This document shows, piece by piece, positions 59,864 to 64,000 of a stretch of DNA of 64,000 nt. A program made the position numbers and the translations under genes. The first letter of the stretch is position 1, and each line of letters starts with the position of its first letter. This DNA is from a virus. The notes below the pieces were generated by a model, which did no database searches, was not told the origin of the DNA, and saw only the letters and a list, made by a program, of their open reading frames with translations. The DNA is taken from the IMG/VR virus record IMGVR_UViG_3300028045_001344, positions 87,554-151,553 of that record. One strand, 5' to 3'.

Positions 59864-60724
59864 TTGAAAAATGCGGTTGCAAAATTAGTTATAGTATTTA
59901 TGATGTTCATTACTTTTATGGGATGTGCATCATGTGCGTCAAGCACAGCCCTATTTGGACCAGGAGATTTATTCAGAGATAAAAGACGTTCCTTCATCAA
60001 GATTGATATTTATAAAAACATCTACCTAACAAAAACCTCCTCTGCGGTAGCCGAAGCAAATTTAGAAGAATATGAAATTGATTTGCGCTCATCAGCTTCG
60101 GGCTTTATTGTTGGACACGATAGAGAAATTACACTCGTAGGAACTTCAGCGCACGTTTGCAGTATTCTTTACGGCAATCAAATAAATTATTTTGTGCAGG
60201 ACTACTCACCTAAGAACCCTGAATGGAAGATGACCGAAAGGGCTTCATATATCCTAAACGATTACAAAGGTGAAACATATGCGGCAATTCCAATTGCTTT
60301 TGATTTTGAAGCCGATATATGTATACTGGGTTCAGCCAAGATATCGCGTCCAGCATTGAAAATTTCTAATTCTAAGCCAATAATTGGAGAGAAGTATTAT
60401 AACATAGCCGCCCCTATGGGATTGTGGTCTTCTAAAATGATCCCGTTATTTGAAGGATTTTATTTGGGTAGTAAGAAGGTTCGTAGCAACCGAAAAACTT
60501 CGTATGTTTTTTCTATTCCTGCCAAGGGTGGATCTTCGGGCTCCCCAATACTGAATAGTTATGGTGAAGTTGTTGGAGCATTACACTCTGCTTATAGAGG
60601 GTTTGAAAATTTGTGTATGGCTACCACAAATAAAGAGATTTACTTAATCTATCGTAAATCTATGAGAAAATTATTGAAAGATTATGATAAATATAAACTT
60701 ATCATTGACCTTATGAACATTTAA
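59864..60724 (+). CDS. Exported/lipoprotein trypsin-like serine protease
   Basis: Signal peptide ending FMGC; catalytic triad TSAHVC, ADICIL, GGSSGSP; the only convincing plus-strand gene. Confidence 0.85.
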   Translation: MKNAVAKLVIVFMMFITFMGCASCASSTALFGPGDLFRDKRRSFIKIDIYKNIYLTKTSSAVAEANLEEYEIDLRSSASGFIVGHDREITLVGTSAHVCSILYGNQINYFVQDYSPKNPEWKMTERASYILNDYKGETYAAIPIAFDFEADICILGSAKISRPALKISNSKPIIGEKYYNIAAPMGLWSSKMIPLFEGFYLGSKKVRSNRKTSYVFSIPAKGGSSGSPILNSYGEVVGALHSAYRGFENLCMATTNKEIYLIYRKSMRKLLKDYDKYKLIIDLMNI

Positions 60725-60930
60725 TATACTACGTGAATATCCACTTCATGGCTGGACGTACCTTCTAGGTCAACTGCTCTAGATTTTCCACCGATATCTT
60801 TGATAACAATCACACCCTCATCGTTATGAGGATTGACTTGATAATTGGTGATTTCTGCTGGTCCTTCACAAAAAGTTTCCTTTGTGTTGCGATGCGTATA
60901 TAGTAAAAAGACTTTATCTCCGATGTTCAT
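60721..60930 (-). CDS. Small hypothetical protein (SH3-like MNIGDKV start)
   Basis: 69 aa; RBS TAAGGT; converges on the protease gene. Confidence 0.6.
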   Translation of the reverse strand: MNIGDKVFLLYTHRNTKETFCEGPAEITNYQVNPHNDEGVIVIKDIGGKSRAVDLEGTSSHEVDIHVVY

Positions 60931-60983
60931 AATAATACCTTACCATAAATAGGATCTAAGATCAAGAAAAAGAAAAAAAATAA

Positions 60984-61000
60984 TGGAGGTGGCGGGAGTC
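60984..61000 (-). repeat. Displaced copy of the tmRNA 3' end (att-like)
   Basis: GACTCCCGCCACCTCCA versus GATTCCCGCCACCTCCA at 61403..61419 (16/17 identical). Confidence 0.8.
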
Positions 61001-61102
61001 ACAAATTTACCCCCACTTGGGTCCAAGTGATTACCTTTTGTATCTTTGCTCATTTCTCTTCCTCCGCGAATTCCCACTCTTCCGGGGAATAAATAATATA
61101 AT

Positions 61103-61381
61103 CTACTTTTCCATCTTCTCTGGAAACATGTATTCCTGAACTGATAGGCTTGATATCCACATCCTCTCCTCATTCTCAAACTCTAAGAGGAATGATGCCG
61201 ATCCCGTAATGAATGCCTTTGGAAATACTGATTTGATCACCTTTCCCTTCTGTCCGTGATACGCCTCTGGAACCAAATCCGTTCGTGAATAGTTTTCTCG
61301 AATTGTCAGGAACTCGTGTTCGCACTTTACGTCTAGATCGATACAGTTTGGATACTTGTATGGGTCAAACATGTTAGTCAT
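61103..61381 (-). CDS. Hypothetical protein (92 aa) between the tmRNA and its 3' duplicate
   Basis: ATG 61381 with RBS TAAGGA; the ORF track's longer version runs into the tmRNA. Confidence 0.6.
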   Translation of the reverse strand: MTNMFDPYKYPNCIDLDVKCEHEFLTIRENYSRTDLVPEAYHGQKGKVIKSVFPKAFITGSASFLLEFENEERMWISSLSVQEYMFPEKMEK

Positions 61382-61402
61382 TTTCTTCCTTAATAAGTTA
61401 TT

Positions 61403-61742
61403 TGGAGGTGGCGGGAATCGAACCCGCGTCCGTAGCAATGTCCAGTTCAAGTCATTCACAGGTTTAGATTATTTTTTTAAACAATCAAATTGCTTGTTAA
61501 GTTCCCGTTGTTTCACAAACATTAACAACTCGGATGTTTATTTGTCGGCAGAATCACCTGCTTATTCACTATTGGGTAACGAGGTCAGTGAAGACCCAGC
61601 AAACTACGCTGCTAGAGCGAGAGATTGAAAATGATTATTGTTATTGGCAATTATCAAAATTTCAATAAGTTTAAGGTCATTTATTGAAGTAGACCACCTG
61701 CACTATCCATTTCTATTACCACGTCGAAACCAGGACACCCCC
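61403..61742 (-). ncRNA. ssrA: tmRNA, tag (A)ANNNNHFQSLALAA*, CCA not encoded
   Basis: Acceptor stem GGGGGTG/CACCTCC-A with G3.U; T-arm GCGGG-TTCGATT-CCCGC; pseudoknot 1 GGTC/GACC plus TTCAATAA/TTATTGAA; resume codon after ATAATT; tag ends LALAA-TAG. Confidence 0.95.
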
Positions 61743-61755
61743 GTTAAATATTCTT

Positions 61756-61872
61756 CTATAAACATCCATTAGCGGATAATGACATCCACAATAGTAGAAA
61801 GAAAAAAGTAATAGCCATCAGCGAACTAAGAGCTACAGTGATATAATCTTCTTTTGGAATTCTATTCTTCAT
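61756..61872 (-). CDS. Small membrane protein (38 aa, MKNRIPKEDYITVALSSLMAITFFFLLLWMSLSANGCL)
   Basis: Hand-translated; fills the gap before the tmRNA and overlaps the upstream stop; below the ORF-track cutoff. Confidence 0.45.
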   Translation of the reverse strand: MKNRIPKEDYITVALSSLMAITFFFLLLWMSLSANGCL

Positions 61873-62134
61873 TGCCTATAAGTATAAGCTCTTCCCTGTT
61901 AAGGCTATCTAAATTTGGATATTTAGGATATACATTTTCGTATGCGTCCTTGAGTAAGGCAATCGCCCTCCTCATCATCCACTCTTCCTGCACCATCTCA
62001 TCTTCTATTTTTTTGTTTAAATCATGCTCTACTAACGCATCTTCTTTTCTGATCTGCACTTGTTTGAGCACATTCGATTGACGTTTTATAATCAATTTAA
62101 GCTCTTCTATTACTTCTTTGCTCAGCCAGTCCAT
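61862..62134 (-). CDS. Hypothetical helical protein
   Basis: 90-aa ORF, co-oriented with its neighbours. Confidence 0.55.
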   Translation of the reverse strand: MDWLSKEVIEELKLIIKRQSNVLKQVQIRKEDALVEHDLNKKIEDEMVQEEWMMRRAIALLKDAYENVYPKYPNLDSLNREELILIGNEE

Positions 62135-62236
62135 GATATATTATACCACGAACATATGAAAGATGCAATACATAAAATAAAAAATATTAAAACTATTTTA
62201 GATATCATTTTGATCACCCTGATCATCATCATCTGT

Positions 62237-63091
62237 TCAAGATTCTTCGAGTTTCCATCCTTCGCCGTGACCGGGGTAATCGTCAATGGCGTCATCTCTG
62301 AAATCCATCTTACGATCTTCAGCATCAAAATCGCGGATACGCGGGGCCTGAGTGCGCTTATTAACAATATCCATGATTGCGCCGTATGTCTTAGGGGCAC
62401 TTTCTTTTAGCATTTCCCTTTCTTCCTGAAAGGCGTCAATGAGATCGTTAATTGCTGCAGACCAGTCTGGGTCTGAATCTTCTTGAACGACTACATCATC
62501 ATCTTCATTAATTTCCATCGCATGATCGGGAAGCTGCGTGACAACCAATGCCGATTCTCCCTCTTCGCCCGCAGGACCCATATCCATGGGATCTTCCAAG
62601 AGGCCTTGAATTGAAGCCATAATTTCTTCCACAGCAGACGTATAGCCGGCCCCAAATGCTTCATCTGGGGAAAGATCAGCAATTGCTGGTTCGGCTTCTT
62701 CTGGGCCCATTTCTGGGCCGCCACACTCCTCTTCCATAGCGCCCGTATCGGTTGTCAACTCCTTTCGGGTCAACTTCTTTCGGGTGATTATGTCATTAGA
62801 CAGGCCTTGCAAGATTCTATCCTGCTCTACTTGTGATCTAATTTTTACTGTAATTCCGCTATTAGGTTTTGCGGCCGCTGTGGTCGGGGTACTCCAAGGG
62901 TCATGACTATGATCACCTGCAGCGCCATCACCAATTTGCATTTCCTTAACAGACCCTTCTTCGAGCCAATTATCGAACGAGAAATCATTGAAATTTGCGT
63001 TAGTTTTCTCAACATTCTCTTTGGTTTCTTCTTTTCTCTCGCTGAGGAATCTGCGAGCATCAAATCTTTTCTTATTCTTAATAGCCTTCAT
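62237..63091 (-). CDS. Acidic low-complexity protein (possible head/internal or scaffold-type protein)
   Basis: 284 aa, D/E/M-rich; RBS AGGAG; ACTATTTA upstream. Confidence 0.55.
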   Translation of the reverse strand: MKAIKNKKRFDARRFLSERKEETKENVEKTNANFNDFSFDNWLEEGSVKEMQIGDGAAGDHSHDPWSTPTTAAAKPNSGITVKIRSQVEQDRILQGLSNDIITRKKLTRKELTTDTGAMEEECGGPEMGPEEAEPAIADLSPDEAFGAGYTSAVEEIMASIQGLLEDPMDMGPAGEEGESALVVTQLPDHAMEINEDDDVVVQEDSDPDWSAAINDLIDAFQEEREMLKESAPKTYGAIMDIVNKRTQAPRIRDFDAEDRKMDFRDDAIDDYPGHGEGWKLEES

Positions 63092-63116
63092 GGTAAAGGT
63101 CTCCTATATTATAGTA

Positions 63117-63124
63117 TAAATAGT
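63117..63124 (-). promoter_or_regulatory. Putative late-promoter element ACTATTTA
   Basis: Intergenic, ~25 nt upstream of ATG 63091. Confidence 0.45.
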
Positions 63125-63142
63125 ATGAAAAATAGGTAAATC

Positions 63143-63592
63143 CTATTCTTCGAATGGGTCATCGCAGGGGCATATATCGCCTCTCACCTTGATTCCACTA
63201 TCGGAAACTTCGATATCATAGCAGCCATCCGGGCCTTTTCCGAAGATCTGAACATAATAAGCATTATTATTATCTGTATCAAGAACTTTCATTGTATCAA
63301 TATCTGAACACGACCAGTCCCATTGGTCTTGCCAGGCGCCCCAACCTTCAGTATCATTCCAAAAAAGAACACCATCTTCTTTGGGGAACACACACAGATC
63401 CTCGAAACCAGGAACTAATGTGTCAACAATTGCGTTCTTTGTTTCGAAATACCACCATTTGTGAAGAATATCATCTTCATCACAAGTTTTGATTTTATTG
63501 CCGTCCCACCCGCCACCATACTTATATCCAGTCAGGCGAGGCTCAGAGGAACAGCTAGTAATAAAGAATAGCGATATCAGAAAGGCTTTCAC
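63143..63592 (-). CDS. Putative lipoprotein, acidic and Cys/Trp-rich
   Basis: MKAFLISLFFITS-C lipobox-like signal peptide. Confidence 0.65.
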   Translation of the reverse strand: MKAFLISLFFITSCSSEPRLTGYKYGGGWDGNKIKTCDEDDILHKWWYFETKNAIVDTLVPGFEDLCVFPKEDGVLFWNDTEGWGAWQDQWDWSCSDIDTMKVLDTDNNNAYYVQIFGKGPDGCYDIEVSDSGIKVRGDICPCDDPFEE

Positions 63593-63609
63593 ATTAGTAA
63601 CTATTACAT

Positions 63610-63768
63610 TTAATAAAAATTGAGCTTTTTAATTTTCTTTTCTTTTATTTTATAGAAATTCATAATTTTTGCTCGGTACTCTTGGCGGCGCTGATAGCAT
63701 TGGCCCCCTTGAACAAGATTTAATTGCTCCATTGTCAACTCTATAACGTCCTCTTTCTTTACACCCAA
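63610..63768 (-). CDS. 52-aa peptide with a double-glycine-type leader and cationic C-terminus
   Basis: Hand-translated from TTG 63768 (RBS AGAGGA): MGVKKEDVIELTMEQLNLVQGG-QCYQRRQEYRAKIMNFYKIKEKKIKKLNFY. Confidence 0.55.
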   Translation of the reverse strand: MGVKKEDVIELTMEQLNLVQGGQCYQRRQEYRAKIMNFYKIKEKKIKKLNFY

Positions 63769-63770
63769 CT

Positions 63771-64000
63771 CTACATCCTCTGTTCAGGGGTATTAACTTC
63801 GACACCGCCCATGTTTTGGTCAGGCATATCAACTTTTTCTCTCTCGAGTTCATCTTCTTGGACTTCTCCGACAATAGTTTTAAAGCTTTCGACGTGTGCA
63901 ATAATCGCCCCTTTCATAGATGCATCGGTTATATTAGCAGCAGTTGTGACGATTTGGTCCAAAAGAGCACAAATTTCATTCGTTAGTTTGGGATCATCTG
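63771..64000 (-). CDS. Hypothetical protein, 5'-truncated by the window edge
   Basis: The frame of ORF 63771..63962 stays open to the edge (..DDPKLTNEICALLDQIV..). Confidence 0.55.
   Translation of the reverse strand, partial: DDPKLTNEICALLDQIVTTAANITDASMKGAIIAHVESFKTIVGEVQEDELEREKVDMPDQNMGGVEVNTPEQRM

Noticed and set aside
59652-60000. Minus-strand ORFs 59652..59882 and 59788..60000
   Set aside because: They overlap phoH, the divergent promoter region and the protease gene, and show no motifs.
60984-61014. Alanine-acceptor minihelix or separate tRNA (GGGGGT...ACCTCCA with a G.U pair)
   Set aside because: Only 6 bp, with no D, anticodon or complete T arm. GGGGGT lies within a short ORF, so a displaced att fragment or terminator is simpler.
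61356-61628. Plus-strand 90-aa ORF, and the 5' extension of ORF 61103..61459
   Set aside because: Both overlap the tmRNA gene.
1-64000. Stop-codon reassignment, as seen in some jumbo phages
   Set aside because: Genes are long and abut under the standard code, and TAA, TAG and TGA all terminate genes.

Overview
This window is a segment of a large, AT-rich, contractile-tailed (T4-like baseplate) bacteriophage genome. It uses the standard genetic code, and nearly all genes lie on the minus strand and are tightly coupled. Four parts are visible. (1) 1-33.6 kb is a baseplate/tail module: gp25-like and gp6-like wedge proteins, a 3847-aa protein with two LamG-like domains, a DNRLRE-like protein, and a gp5-like spike split into an OB-fold plus M15 peptidase gene and an HxH-tipped spike gene. 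(2) 33.6-35.3 kb holds a gp55-like late sigma factor and small genes. (3) 35.3-56.8 kb is a ~21.5-kb glycan island: rmlBCD, gmd/fcl, seven glycosyltransferase-type genes, five methyltransferase-like genes, an amidotransferase, a GSCFA protein and a compact sulfation module (DUF2061-APS kinase, two sulfotransferases, HAD phosphatases and a 133-aa candidate minimal ATP sulfurylase). It has no export or lipid-carrier genes. (4) 56.8-64 kb holds a Cas4/RecB-like nuclease, PIN-PhoH, a trypsin-like protease, a tmRNA with a duplicated 3' end, and an unannotated double-glycine-leader peptide. The best candidate for an undescribed system is a phage-encoded PAPS-synthesis and glycan-sulfation pathway that may decorate virion proteins, some of which are strongly enriched in [ST]-[GAS]-[ST] motifs. 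All family calls come from motif recognition by eye; no database search was run.
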